From positions 1 through 57,861 of IMG/VR virus record IMGVR_UViG_3300014169_000007: a stretch of DNA of 57,861 nt, one strand, 5' to 3'. The position numbers and the translations under genes are program-made. Below are positions 1 to 9,750 of the stretch, one piece after another (position 1 is the first letter of the stretch; each line of letters opens with the position of its first letter). The notes under the pieces are model-generated. The model had not been told where the DNA came from and did not search any database. It saw only the letters and a list, made by a program, of their open reading frames with translations. The DNA is from a virus (Duplodnaviria; Caudoviricetes).

Positions 1-495
1 AATGGATTACCGATTCCGACTACCAGCATTGTGGTCGGCGGTGAGAATTCAAGCGGAAATACAGAACCGCTGCAGTTAGATGCATCAGGTAATTTAAAAG
101 TATCCTTAGCCGGTGACGTTGTAATAGGAAATGTAAATTTAACTGAAGTCGGCGGTGCAGCAATTGCATTAGGGCAGACAACGATGTCCTCATCATTGCC
201 TGTAACTATTGCTTCAGATCAAAGCACGTTAGCAGTTAGTGCAGCAAGTCTTCCGCTACCAACAGGAGCTGCAACGTCTGCAAATCAATCTACTGAAATT
301 AATTTATTAACTTCACGACTTACCGGGTCTTTAGTACCGACGGCATTTAACGAAGTTGATTTAACTTATATTGTTTCAGGAAACGGTGCCGGACAAATTG
401 GAACAGCAGTCTATAAATTAGCTTCTTCAACTGTTAAAACTTTAACATTAACTTACGATAGTTCTAATAGACTATCTACAGTAGTAGCGAGTTAA
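1..495 (+). CDS. Virion fibre/decoration protein, 5'-truncated by the window edge
   Basis: Frame is open from base 1 (NGLPIPTTSIVVGGEN...). Ser/Thr/Gly-rich. Shares the VGGAAIxLGQxxxxxSLPVxIASDQS block with 4257..4802 and 5459..6835, and the SAASLPLPTGAAT block with 5459..6835. Confidence 0.6.
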   Translation, partial: NGLPIPTTSIVVGGENSSGNTEPLQLDASGNLKVSLAGDVVIGNVNLTEVGGAAIALGQTTMSSSLPVTIASDQSTLAVSAASLPLPTGAATSANQSTEINLLTSRLTGSLVPTAFNEVDLTYIVSGNGAGQIGTAVYKLASSTVKTLTLTYDSSNRLSTVVAS

Positions 496-498
496 TTT

Positions 499-2823
499 AT
501 GGCTTTATCCTTTAATTTTAATCCATTCACTGGTAATTTTGATCAAATTAGCACAGTAACCATTAGTGGAACCCCTAATGGTTTAAGTATTGATGCAAAT
601 CAAGTATTATCTTTAGCTCTAGCTTCGACTTCTACTACGGGGGCATTAAGTTCTACTGATTGGAATACATTCAATAGCGCTGCTTCCGCAGTTACCTCGG
701 CGACTTCTGCCAATACTCCTAATACTATTGTTAAAAGGGATGCGTCTGGAAATTTTGCAGCAAGTGATTTAACGATCGCTCAAGCAGATACAGTGGCGTC
801 AGGAACATTAGCAATTGGTACAGTTAATGCTAGCATTATTAATATTGGACGAAGCGGTGCAACTGTTAACATCCAAGGTACTACAATATTTGAAAATAGT
901 ACGACGTTAAATGTTTCAAATCCTGTTATTAATGTCAATACTGCCGGGGGCGTGGGCTCAGGATCGAGTTCGGGTATTAACATTGAAGAAAATTCTATAG
1001 CAACTGGGTATGCTTTAACGTCCGGAGATCGTAATAGTTGGCAGTTTAAAGCACCAAATACAGCTGGAATAGCAACCATAACTCCAGGAACAAGCGGCAT
1101 TACTTTAGCTGGTAGTATTACTAACGGCACAAACTCAGGTACTAATACTGGGGACGTCACATTATCTACAGCAAACGGATTAAGTTTATCTGGTCAAGCC
1201 TTAAGTTTAGCTCTATCTTCATCGTCTACGACAGGAGCATTAAGTTCGACAGACTGGTCAACGTTTAATAGTAAACAAGCGGCTGGTAATTATATCACAG
1301 CTTTAACTGGTGATGTGACTGCTTCCGGACCAGGATCTGCGGCAGCAACGTTAGCTACTGTAAATAGTAACGTCGGATCATATACAAACGCATCCATCAC
1401 TGTAAATGCAAAGGGTTTAGTAACTGCCGCATCCAGTGGGACAGCTCCCGTAACCTCGTTAACTGTGAATTCATCAAATGGATTCGCTGGAACTTCAAGT
1501 GGCGGCACAACTCCGGCATTAACCTTATCGACTACAGTCACAGGTATTCTATATGGTAACGGCACATCAATGGCCGCTGCGGTCGCTGGGAACTTTCCTA
1601 CCTTAAATCAAAATACTACTGGTACTGCCGCAAATATTACTGCTACCTCTAACTCAACATTAACCACACTTTCGGCGTTAAGTTTACCTTATTCCCAAGT
1701 GACAGGTGGGCCGAGCGGAACTGTTACATCATTTTCATTTACTAATCAAGATAACGTTACAGGAACAGTAACTAATGCAACTTCTACTCCTACGTTAGCT
1801 TTAGCTCCTACAAGTTCCACTCCTGCAGCTTCGAGTTTTGCTTCATGGGATGCCAACAAGAATTTAAATGCTAATAACTTAATAGAAGGGTACACTACGA
1901 CTGTGACGGCAGCCGGAACCACCACATTAGTAGTTGGTAGTACATATCAGCAGTATTTTACAGGAACCTCAACTCAAACAGTTGTATTACCAGTAACTTC
2001 TACGTTAGTCTTAGGTCAACAGTTTCAGATTATCAATAATAGCACTGGTGTAGTAACTGTTGAGTCCTCCGGTGCTAACGTCATTCAAGCAATGGCTGCT
2101 GGCACACAGTTGACCGTCACAGTAATCTCTACATCCTTGACAACAGCTGCAGCTTGGAATGCGGTTTATGTCTTAGGGATTGCAGCAGTTATTAACCCCA
2201 CACAACAAATATTTTCAGTGGGTACAGGAACCTATACGACTCCATCGGGCGTTCAATACATTCGTGTTAGAATGGTTGGAGCGGGTGGAGGTGGTGCCGG
2301 AGGCGGTAACGCGGGTGGTGGTACCGGCGGCGGCAATGGTAATTCTTCAACATTTGGTTCGTCTCTATTGACCGCAAACGGCGGCAGCGGCGGAGCATTC
2401 GGCGGCGGACAAGGTGGAGCCCCTGGATCAGCTTCCATCAGCGCACCCGCGCATGGTACGGCGGGTAACGGCGGGTATGGATGGCCAAGCACATATACAG
2501 GCACATCTACCTATAATCAAGGCGGTAACGGGGGAGCTTCATTCTTCGGCGGTGGCGGGTACGGGGGGTATGCAAATAGTGCTGGCACCGCGGGTTTAGC
2601 TTATGGATCCGGCGGCGGAGGCGGAGCAACTGGCCTAGCTAACGTGCCATCCGGTGCCGGCGGCGGTGCAGGTGGTTATGTAGAGGCGATTATTCCGTCC
2701 CCGAGTTCCACTTATTCTTATTCAGTTGGTGTTGTTGGTGGTGGCGGAAGTGGCGGTACGAATGGTTTTGCTGGTGGCGCAGGCGGAGGCGGTTACATAG
2801 AAGTAACTGAATATTATCGATAG
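499..2823 (+). CDS. Tail fibre protein with C-terminal glycine-rich domain
   Basis: 774 aa, S/T/G-rich. Internal repeat LSLALxSxSTTGALSSTDWxTFNS occurs twice; fibre-type motif ITVNAKGLVTAAS; C-terminal VRMVGAGGGG...GGGG domain typical of phage fibre tips. Confidence 0.7.
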   Translation: MALSFNFNPFTGNFDQISTVTISGTPNGLSIDANQVLSLALASTSTTGALSSTDWNTFNSAASAVTSATSANTPNTIVKRDASGNFAASDLTIAQADTVASGTLAIGTVNASIINIGRSGATVNIQGTTIFENSTTLNVSNPVINVNTAGGVGSGSSSGINIEENSIATGYALTSGDRNSWQFKAPNTAGIATITPGTSGITLAGSITNGTNSGTNTGDVTLSTANGLSLSGQALSLALSSSSTTGALSSTDWSTFNSKQAAGNYITALTGDVTASGPGSAAATLATVNSNVGSYTNASITVNAKGLVTAASSGTAPVTSLTVNSSNGFAGTSSGGTTPALTLSTTVTGILYGNGTSMAAAVAGNFPTLNQNTTGTAANITATSNSTLTTLSALSLPYSQVTGGPSGTVTSFSFTNQDNVTGTVTNATSTPTLALAPTSSTPAASSFASWDANKNLNANNLIEGYTTTVTAAGTTTLVVGSTYQQYFTGTSTQTVVLPVTSTLVLGQQFQIINNSTGVVTVESSGANVIQAMAAGTQLTVTVISTSLTTAAAWNAVYVLGIAAVINPTQQIFSVGTGTYTTPSGVQYIRVRMVGAGGGGAGGGNAGGGTGGGNGNSSTFGSSLLTANGGSGGAFGGGQGGAPGSASISAPAHGTAGNGGYGWPSTYTGTSTYNQGGNGGASFFGGGGYGGYANSAGTAGLAYGSGGGGGATGLANVPSGAGGGAGGYVEAIIPSPSSTYSYSVGVVGGGGSGGTNGFAGGAGGGGYIEVTEYYR

Positions 2824-2832
2824 AGGTTATTT

Positions 2833-3015
2833 ATGTTAAGTTCATTAATGAGTAAATTAAGTCCAATTATTGCAAAAATACAGCCCATGGTAATGTCTAT
2901 CATAACCTTGGCACCATTACCAGTTGGAATTGCTATAGGATACATCTTTCATGCAGAGATTAAGATTGCTTTAGAAGCTATCCATGCATTAATTAAGTTA
3001 ATCGCTTTAATATAA
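2833..3015 (+). CDS. Small hydrophobic membrane protein (holin candidate)
   Basis: 60 aa, hydrophobic segments, GAGG SD upstream. Confidence 0.4.
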   Translation: MLSSLMSKLSPIIAKIQPMVMSIITLAPLPVGIAIGYIFHAEIKIALEAIHALIKLIALI

Positions 3016-3024
3016 GGAATAGTT

Positions 3025-3384
3025 ATGAAGAATGTAAGTTGCAACGTATTAAGCGCAGTTGATACTGCGAGTCACAACGGGATACAAATTGATTCAAATC
3101 AATTAATCTCTGCTAGTTTTCAAGCAGTTTTTGGAGATAGCACAGCAGCAGGTACTCTTCAGATTCAGATGTCAAACGATATCTTTTTAGAGAGTTATCA
3201 ACCCAGTAACTTTACAGTAACTAACTGGACAAATATACCAAGTGCATCGGCATCTGTAAGTGCTGGAGCTTCGGTGGTTATCTTGATTCCACAAGTTAGC
3301 TTTAGATGGATGCGGGCGATATATACTTCATCTTCAGGCGGATCTTCAACTATCAATGTGCAGATGTTTGCTGTGTCTATATAG
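3025..3384 (+). CDS. Small beta-rich virion protein, paralogue of 57590..end
   Basis: GTLQIQMSND...NWT motif matches GTFAVQVSND...NWT in the ORF at the window end; AAGGA SD. Confidence 0.55.
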   Translation: MKNVSCNVLSAVDTASHNGIQIDSNQLISASFQAVFGDSTAAGTLQIQMSNDIFLESYQPSNFTVTNWTNIPSASASVSAGASVVILIPQVSFRWMRAIYTSSSGGSSTINVQMFAVSI

Positions 3385-3392
3385 TGTGATTT

Positions 3393-3905
3393 ATGAAATG
3401 GTGTTCGAAATGCCAACAGACTAAAGAAACCTGCGAGTTCTATAAAAATAGAACAATGCGCGATGGTCTGTCCCCTTGGTGTATTATTTGTCGCAAAATA
3501 CACGAGAGGGGCTATCGGGATAACGACATCTCCAAGGCTATAGCAGCCGACCGATCTAAACAGTGGCATGAGGATAACAAGGAAAAGCATAATGCTCAAA
3601 ATAAACGGTGGGCAACAAATAATAGAAACCGAATGAATGAGCTACAGAGAGAATGGAATAAATGCAATAAGAATAAGATAGCTTATTATGCAGCACAACG
3701 ACGGGCGACAAAACTACAGCAAACACCTAAATGGTTGACTGATGAACATACAACTCAAATTAAACAGATTTATTTAACATGTCCTAAAGGCTATCATGTT
3801 GATCATATTATTCCATTAAAAGGTAAAGATAAAAGAGGTTTGCACGTTCCATGGAATCTACAACATCTACCGGCTTCTGAGAACATAAAGAAAGGGAATA
3901 AATAA
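3393..3905 (+). CDS. Free-standing HNH homing endonuclease
   Basis: N-terminal CxxC...CxxC; C-terminal HVDHIIPL...GLHVPWNLQ...N...K HNH motif. Confidence 0.85.
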   Translation: MKWCSKCQQTKETCEFYKNRTMRDGLSPWCIICRKIHERGYRDNDISKAIAADRSKQWHEDNKEKHNAQNKRWATNNRNRMNELQREWNKCNKNKIAYYAAQRRATKLQQTPKWLTDEHTTQIKQIYLTCPKGYHVDHIIPLKGKDKRGLHVPWNLQHLPASENIKKGNK

Positions 3906-4255
3906 TGATTGCGGGTACTTTATTCCCAGTGTTCTGGATTGATGCGCCGGAAATACTATATACTAATGTGACTCCGATTCCTGGATCAGCCTCGTTGCCC
4001 CTGCAGGTTGTCGCTAATTCTGGTGTTAGAGTAGCGTACGGGATTTCATGGATTGATACAACAGGGGATTACATAGGTGTATATACAGGATCTATAGGTA
4101 ATGAAGTATTAAGAACTATAATAGGCGGCGGAGTGGTATCCGCAACTCCAGTAGTGATAAGTGCTCATAGTAGAGTTTCGTTACGGTCAATGACGAGTAC
4201 AGCTATCACTAATGGGCAGTTAATTATCACATTTTTGGGACAAGGATTAAGCTAA
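3905..4255 (+). CDS. Putative virion structural protein
   Basis: 116 aa, beta-rich, lies within the structural operon, coupled by TAATG overlap. Confidence 0.5.
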   Translation: MIAGTLFPVFWIDAPEILYTNVTPIPGSASLPLQVVANSGVRVAYGISWIDTTGDYIGVYTGSIGNEVLRTIIGGGVVSATPVVISAHSRVSLRSMTSTAITNGQLIITFLGQGLS

Positions 4256-4256
4256 T

Positions 4257-4802
4257 ATGGCTACAACAACAGTTAAAGATGGCTATAATGGCGGTTCTGA
4301 TAATCAGCTTAAGGTTAACGCCGATGGATCTATTAACGTCAACACTTCTGGTGGAGGTGGTGGATCGAATGTTAATTTAATTAGTGTAGGTGGCGCTAGT
4401 ATAAACTTAGGCCAAACAACTGAAGCAAATTCGTTACCCGTGGTTTTAGCGAGTGATCAATCTCCTATAACAGTTATCTCTTCAGGTAGTTCGACAGTTT
4501 CCGGCACAGTGACATCGAATACGGCGGGATTGAATTCTTTTCAGACAAGTCAGTATATAATAGGCCTAACTGCGGTTCAATTAGCTCCTACTCCGCTAAC
4601 TAATAGAAGTTCTATTAGTTTAGCAGTAGAAGCAGATCCAAATGTTGCTGTTTATATCGGTAATTCAAGTGCGGTAACCGTATCAACTGGCTATCCACTT
4701 TATAACGGAAGTACAATACAATTAGATTTAACGCCTACAGGAAATATTTGGGCTATTACAGCCACTGCCGGTCAAACCATAGCAGTACTGGAGATAGCAT
4801 AA
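4257..4802 (+). CDS. Virion fibre/decoration paralogue
   Basis: VGGASINLGQTTEANSLPVVLASDQS block. C-terminal domain (R..I...VYIG..S.VT..TGYPLY.G) resembles the C-terminus of 6854..8224. Confidence 0.6.
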   Translation: MATTTVKDGYNGGSDNQLKVNADGSINVNTSGGGGGSNVNLISVGGASINLGQTTEANSLPVVLASDQSPITVISSGSSTVSGTVTSNTAGLNSFQTSQYIIGLTAVQLAPTPLTNRSSISLAVEADPNVAVYIGNSSAVTVSTGYPLYNGSTIQLDLTPTGNIWAITATAGQTIAVLEIA

Positions 4803-5273
4803 ATGGCAAGAATTGGTACCAGTTCCACTGGCGGTAATGTTAACATTCAGGATACGAACGGTAACCCACTTAACAGTGTTAATGGTGCCTTAAATGTTAA
4901 TATTGAAGGTGTCAATCCTAATCAGAACTCAGTTCTGATATATAATGCTGAATCCGCAGTTGCAGTAGGAGTCACAACTACAGTAGCAACCTATACAGCA
5001 CCTGCTTCTCCGAAAGTTGCGTGTTTATTGTTAGTATCAGTAGGTGGTACAAATGTCGCACAGTGGACAATTACAAATAGTAGCAGTGGGATTTATGACC
5101 AGAACTACACATCAGCTGCGCAATTAAATGAAGTTTTTACTTTTGAAACAGGATCGTCTATAGTTCCTGGTCAAATAATAGGTGCGGGAAATACTATAAC
5201 CGTGTCGGTAAAGCAAGTCGGGACGGGTCCCGGAAATTTTAACGCTCGAGTACAAATATTGGAGATAGGTTAA
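4803..5273 (+). CDS. Virion fibre/decoration protein
   Basis: 156 aa, T/V/G/N-rich beta composition, operon context. Confidence 0.5.
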   Translation: MARIGTSSTGGNVNIQDTNGNPLNSVNGALNVNIEGVNPNQNSVLIYNAESAVAVGVTTTVATYTAPASPKVACLLLVSVGGTNVAQWTITNSSSGIYDQNYTSAAQLNEVFTFETGSSIVPGQIIGAGNTITVSVKQVGTGPGNFNARVQILEIG

Positions 5274-5274
5274 T

Positions 5275-5454
5275 ATGTTAGAACAAAAGAAATTAAAAGC
5301 GGAGCTTTTAAGAGTCCAAGCTGCTAAGGCAGAAATGGAGTATATCATGGAACAGAGGATGGAAGAAATACGACGGTTAGAAGAAGCCGTTAAAAAACAA
5401 GAACTTGCAGAATCTTCACTGCAGGAAAAACTAAACGCCTTAGTAGGAGGATAA
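5275..5454 (+). CDS. Coiled-coil protein (59 aa, absent from the ORF track), possible fibre chaperone
   Basis: Read directly: MLEQKKLKAELLRVQAAKAEMEY...LNALVGG*. GGAG upstream; fills the gap between neighbours exactly. Confidence 0.7.
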   Translation: MLEQKKLKAELLRVQAAKAEMEYIMEQRMEEIRRLEEAVKKQELAESSLQEKLNALVGG

Positions 5455-5458
5455 ACTA

Positions 5459-6835
5459 ATGAGCGATTTTAATAGTTCCTTACCGGTTAGGACCGAAAAC
5501 CCCGGTGACGTCATCATCAAATTAGCAGATGCAACGACGCCAAGTCAACAACAGGCAGTTAACGCTGCCGGATCAGCCCAAATTGACGGGCAAGGTGTAG
5601 CAGGTACCCCAGCAGGCGGTGTTGTATCTGTACAAGGTGTGAGTGGTGGAACCCCACTACCTATTAGTGGGAGTATATCAATAACAGACCCCGCTGAAGG
5701 ACCTGTTGGATCTCCGCCTCCCGCAGATGCTATCTATATTGGAGCGTTGGTTTCGACCGCGTCTCCTTCATTTAGCACTGGGAATATGGAGTCACTCTCC
5801 TTAACATTAGCTGGAGCAGTACGAGTAGACGGGTCGGCAGTGACTCAACCTATTAGTGCAGCAAGTTTACCGCTACCAACGGGTGCGGCAACTAATTCTG
5901 AGTTAATTACAATTAATTCAACGTTAGGATCTCCATTCCAAGCTGGTGGAAGCATTGGAAATACCGCGTTTGGTATTTCTGGTTCTCTGCCTGCTGGTAG
6001 TAACGTCATCGGCGCCGTAACGCAATCAGGTGGCCCTTGGACTGAAAATTTGACTCAAGTAGGTGGCGCAGCTATCTCTTTAGGTCAGAAAGTAATGGCA
6101 GCTTCCATTCCAGTCGTTATTGCAAGTGATCAATCGATCATATTGACAAGCGATAAAGCTGATGGACCTGCATCTCCAGGAACTGCATCTAGTTTTTCAA
6201 TGTTAGGCGGAGCTATTTATAATAGTTCACCTATCAGTTTAACTACTGGACAACAGGCTTCCTTACAATCTGATTCAGCTGGACGTTTATTGGTAGACGG
6301 GTCACAAGTGACTCAACCAGTAAGTGGAACAGTAACTGCTAATCAAGGTGGAGCACCTTGGAGCCAGAATATTACACAAATTTCTGGAGCTTCCCCAAGT
6401 GCTTCGAATAGTTTACCTGTTGAGATCTCATTAGGATCTTCATTTGTAAGCTCTTCAAATCCTTTACCTGTAATTATTGATCCAGCTGGCGCTGGAACAC
6501 CAATCATGGATTATAAAGACGCTAGTGCTATTGCTGCTGGCTCTTCAGATAATCATGATTATACAGTTACTGCGGGGAAAACATTACATCTACAACAAAT
6601 TGAATCATCAGCAGCTGGAAAAGCTAAAATGGTTCTTCAGATTGAAACAGGTGTAGCAACAAGTATATTTACTCCGTTAGCAGCTCAATTTAACTCTACA
6701 GCAACTCCAGATATGAGTTTGATCATTCAAGCTCCTATATTAGTTGCCGCTGGTGTTAGGGTTCGAGTTACTATGACCAATAGAGATCAGCAAGCAGATG
6801 ATCTTTATAGCTCAATTATTGGATTTGAAATCTAA
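5459..6835 (+). CDS. Virion fibre/decoration paralogue
   Basis: AGGAGG SD. Shares blocks with 1..495, 4257..4802 and 6854..8224 (DGPxxPGTxSSFS...LTTGQQAxLQSD). Confidence 0.6.
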   Translation: MSDFNSSLPVRTENPGDVIIKLADATTPSQQQAVNAAGSAQIDGQGVAGTPAGGVVSVQGVSGGTPLPISGSISITDPAEGPVGSPPPADAIYIGALVSTASPSFSTGNMESLSLTLAGAVRVDGSAVTQPISAASLPLPTGAATNSELITINSTLGSPFQAGGSIGNTAFGISGSLPAGSNVIGAVTQSGGPWTENLTQVGGAAISLGQKVMAASIPVVIASDQSIILTSDKADGPASPGTASSFSMLGGAIYNSSPISLTTGQQASLQSDSAGRLLVDGSQVTQPVSGTVTANQGGAPWSQNITQISGASPSASNSLPVEISLGSSFVSSSNPLPVIIDPAGAGTPIMDYKDASAIAAGSSDNHDYTVTAGKTLHLQQIESSAAGKAKMVLQIETGVATSIFTPLAAQFNSTATPDMSLIIQAPILVAAGVRVRVTMTNRDQQADDLYSSIIGFEI

Positions 6836-6853
6836 TTAAATAACAGGTGATGT

Positions 6854-8224
6854 ATGGCAGATATTAATTCAAGATTACCGACGCAAGATCAATCAGATGG
6901 AGCTACGGGCTCTGCTATACCCACTGAAGCTATATTGGTTGGAGGTTCAGACGGAACTAACCTCCAACCTATTTCTACTACATCAACTGGGGTAGTTAAT
7001 ACTAAAGATCAATCTGACGGGCCTGTAACTCCTGGCACTGTATCAAGTTTTTCACAACTTATAGGTGGTCAATATAATAGCACACAATCTGCTCTTACAA
7101 CTGGTCAACAAGCGGCTCTACAATCAGATGTTCGTGGAAATTTATTAATAGGTTCAGGTTCTGTTGCAATATCTGGTTCTATTGCAGGAAACGGTAATAT
7201 ATTACTAATCCCCGGTGCTGGTCTAACAAATATTAATTCTTATTCCGGGATACTAATAGAAATAAGTGGAACTTGGAGTTCAACTTTAACTCTTACAGGT
7301 TCAAATAGTGGTAGTTCATTTTTTACAATTGATGTAATAAATTTATCTAACCCAAATAATGGACCACAATCAACAATTACATCAAATGGATTATACTATG
7401 CACCGATCGGGGCTACAAATATAGCCTTAACTTCTTCATCATATGTTTCCGGTACAGTACTTTGTTATGCTCAATTACGATCAATTCCTCCAGCAATACT
7501 TAATGCACCATTTCACACAGACGTGTCTACAACTGGAACTTTAGGCGCATTAAATGCCACTCTACAGTTACCTATAAATGACATATCATCCGCATACGCA
7601 TTAATCTCAGGAACATGGGTAGGTACTATTCAGTTTCAAGGTAGTGTTAACGGTAGTACGTATGTTCCATTGGAAGCAGTCCAAGGTGGACCGACAAATG
7701 CTTATACTACTGCTGGGTTTACTACAAATGGTGGTGTAAGAATTGCATTCTCTGCTGGTTTTACAAACATCCAAGCTATAATGACAGCGTATACGTCCGG
7801 TACGGCTACTGTTGTTCTAAATACTTCACCTGGGGTGTCAAATGTTGAAGCGACTCAGTTTAATGCTGCTAATTTAAAAACCACAGCTTATACTGTTGAC
7901 GGTTCCGGAAATGCCATCAATTCAATAAATTCGCAACTAGAAACTGCTGATATTATTAACACGTCTATATCAAGCGGCAGTATCACTGTTGGTACCACAG
8001 CTGTTGCAGCTAGAGTCGGTGCCTCTAACCTAACAAGTAGAAAACAACTTATGATAGCCCCCGTTACCAATACAATTTATCTAGGCGCTACTTCTGGTGT
8101 CACTACAGCTACCGGCATTCCAATATATCCAGGTCAAGTTGTGGCGTTTGCGTATGGCGCTAGTGTTACTCCGTATTTAATAGCTGCAACTTCTGGCACT
8201 GTAAACGTATTCGAAGGAGCTTAA
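6854..8224 (+). CDS. Virion fibre/decoration paralogue
   Basis: N-terminus MADINSRLP resembles MSDFNSSLP of 5459. Two internal beta modules (ISGTWxxTxxxxGSxxG). Confidence 0.6.
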   Translation: MADINSRLPTQDQSDGATGSAIPTEAILVGGSDGTNLQPISTTSTGVVNTKDQSDGPVTPGTVSSFSQLIGGQYNSTQSALTTGQQAALQSDVRGNLLIGSGSVAISGSIAGNGNILLIPGAGLTNINSYSGILIEISGTWSSTLTLTGSNSGSSFFTIDVINLSNPNNGPQSTITSNGLYYAPIGATNIALTSSSYVSGTVLCYAQLRSIPPAILNAPFHTDVSTTGTLGALNATLQLPINDISSAYALISGTWVGTIQFQGSVNGSTYVPLEAVQGGPTNAYTTAGFTTNGGVRIAFSAGFTNIQAIMTAYTSGTATVVLNTSPGVSNVEATQFNAANLKTTAYTVDGSGNAINSINSQLETADIINTSISSGSITVGTTAVAARVGASNLTSRKQLMIAPVTNTIYLGATSGVTTATGIPIYPGQVVAFAYGASVTPYLIAATSGTVNVFEGA

Positions 8225-8225
8225 T

Positions 8226-8648
8226 ATGGCACAAGATGGATACTTTTCTTCATACAGCCCCCCAACAACAGCTACTAACTACACGGTTACTAGTACTTCA
8301 GCTCAGACTTTAACTACTGGTGGAGTTATTATTGCAACGGTCACGCCTGTAGCCGGAACCTATCTAGTTGTAGCAAGCTGTAGTTTAACAGCTTCAAGCG
8401 CGGCGGGTAACGTTGCGACGGTTGGTATATTATATAATGGGACATATCAGACTGGCAGCTTGCACACAGCCACGCCTCAAAGCACAAATACGAGTATTAT
8501 TTATTCTAACAACTTTCAAGCCATGACAATTGCAACAAATTGTATCTTGACTGTTAATGGTTCTGTAGCCGTTACCTTAGCAGGTTATACAAATACTGGA
8601 ACCGTAACAGTTAACCCTTTAGTAATGAATTTAGTGAGGATAGCATAA
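8226..8648 (+). CDS. Putative fibre-tip/structural protein
   Basis: Thr-rich beta protein with AGTYLV motif; GGAG SD. Confidence 0.5.
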   Translation: MAQDGYFSSYSPPTTATNYTVTSTSAQTLTTGGVIIATVTPVAGTYLVVASCSLTASSAAGNVATVGILYNGTYQTGSLHTATPQSTNTSIIYSNNFQAMTIATNCILTVNGSVAVTLAGYTNTGTVTVNPLVMNLVRIA

Positions 8649-8830
8649 TGACTAACGATCAAATCATTGCAGCAATTACAACAGCTTTACAGACTCAAGA
8701 TGTAAACGGCGAATACGCTAATGTTGTTTTGTTGATGCAGGCGTCTATAATAAATAGCTTAAGTAGTATGCCGCCTGATCAACTGGCTAATATTTGCACA
8801 CTTTTAAGCATCAACACGAGTGGGTCTTAA
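8648..8830 (+). CDS. Hypothetical protein
   Basis: TAATG coupling, GAGGA SD. Confidence 0.5.
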   Translation: MTNDQIIAAITTALQTQDVNGEYANVVLLMQASIINSLSSMPPDQLANICTLLSINTSGS

Positions 8831-8831
8831 T

Positions 8832-9011
8832 ATGATTAAATTACTACATAAAATTATAGCTTTTATGAGAGGAACGTTTGTCGCTGATTGTCCAAGATGT
8901 CATAAACATTTCTTTGGAACAGACAAGCATGGAATACAAATAAATATTAACGGTAAACACTATAGGATAGTGTGCCATAGATGCATGGGGGAACACAAGT
9001 TGTTGAAATAA
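8832..9011 (+). CDS. Small zinc-ribbon protein
   Basis: CPRC...CHRC; ATG at 8832 directly follows the upstream stop. Confidence 0.5.
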   Translation: MIKLLHKIIAFMRGTFVADCPRCHKHFFGTDKHGIQININGKHYRIVCHRCMGEHKLLK

Positions 9012-9012
9012 T

Positions 9013-9249
9013 ATGGATAAGTTGGATAACATACAAGAAAAAATAACCAAGATAGAAGTAACCTTAGCTGAGCAGCACCAGACATTAAAAGAACACACAA
9101 GACGAAGTACAGCCAATGAAAAGGCAGTAGAGCTACTTAGAGGACAAACAGACGACGTTAAGAAGATGGTATATACCATGCATGGTGGGGTTAAGGCCTT
9201 ATTTGCAATCTTAACAATCATAGAAATTATTTCGAAGTTTTGGCATTAA
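9013..9249 (+). CDS. Coiled-coil protein with C-terminal TM (XhlA/holin-like)
   Basis: Heptad N-terminus plus hydrophobic C-terminus (ALFAILTIIEII), a common phage lysis-accessory architecture. Confidence 0.45.
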   Translation: MDKLDNIQEKITKIEVTLAEQHQTLKEHTRRSTANEKAVELLRGQTDDVKKMVYTMHGGVKALFAILTIIEIISKFWH

Positions 9250-9250
9250 T

Positions 9251-9616
9251 ATGATACATAGAGTGCTGCGACATATACACGACGTAATAAAAGGAAAGAC
9301 CGACGTAAGTACCTTGCGGTCTGGTCATTGGCATACTGTTAGAAAACATCATCTAGAGAATCATCCCGTATGCGAAGTCTGCGGCGGTAAAGATAAACTA
9401 CAAGTGCACCATAAACGGCCTTTCCATATGCATCCGGAGTTAGAACTAGAGCCAAGCAATCTCATAACTTTATGCGAAGGCATGCATAACGGCCTTAGTT
9501 GTCATTTACTTGTGGGTCATCTAGGAAACTTTAAATCAATTAATGTTAATGTTGAAGAGGATGCAAAGATATGGAACTCAAAATTAAAGAATCGCCCATT
9601 GAACCAAAATTCTTAG
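9251..9616 (+). CDS. HNH endonuclease
   Basis: CEVCG...LQVHH...NLITLC...CH motif. Confidence 0.85.
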   Translation: MIHRVLRHIHDVIKGKTDVSTLRSGHWHTVRKHHLENHPVCEVCGGKDKLQVHHKRPFHMHPELELEPSNLITLCEGMHNGLSCHLLVGHLGNFKSINVNVEEDAKIWNSKLKNRPLNQNS

Positions 9617-9618
9617 AC

Positions 9619-9750
9619 ATGATCTGTCAGGAATGTCATGTAGCGCTAAAGTACCCCCATGGCGAGCTAAATCAATGGTGTAAATGCTGTTTTTGCGGGT
9701 TCACTGAGGTTAATCCTACACAAGAAAAATCCAGTATTATCAAAATTTAA
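9619..9750 (+). CDS. Small zinc-ribbon protein (43 aa, absent from the ORF track)
   Basis: Read directly: MICQECH...KCCFCGF...; starts 2 nt after the upstream stop. Confidence 0.45.
   Translation: MICQECHVALKYPHGELNQWCKCCFCGFTEVNPTQEKSSIIKI

Noticed and set aside
499-8648. Diversity-generating retroelement acting on fibre genes
   Set aside because: No reverse transcriptase and no adenine-specific TR/VR pair seen; shared blocks look like ordinary paralogy.
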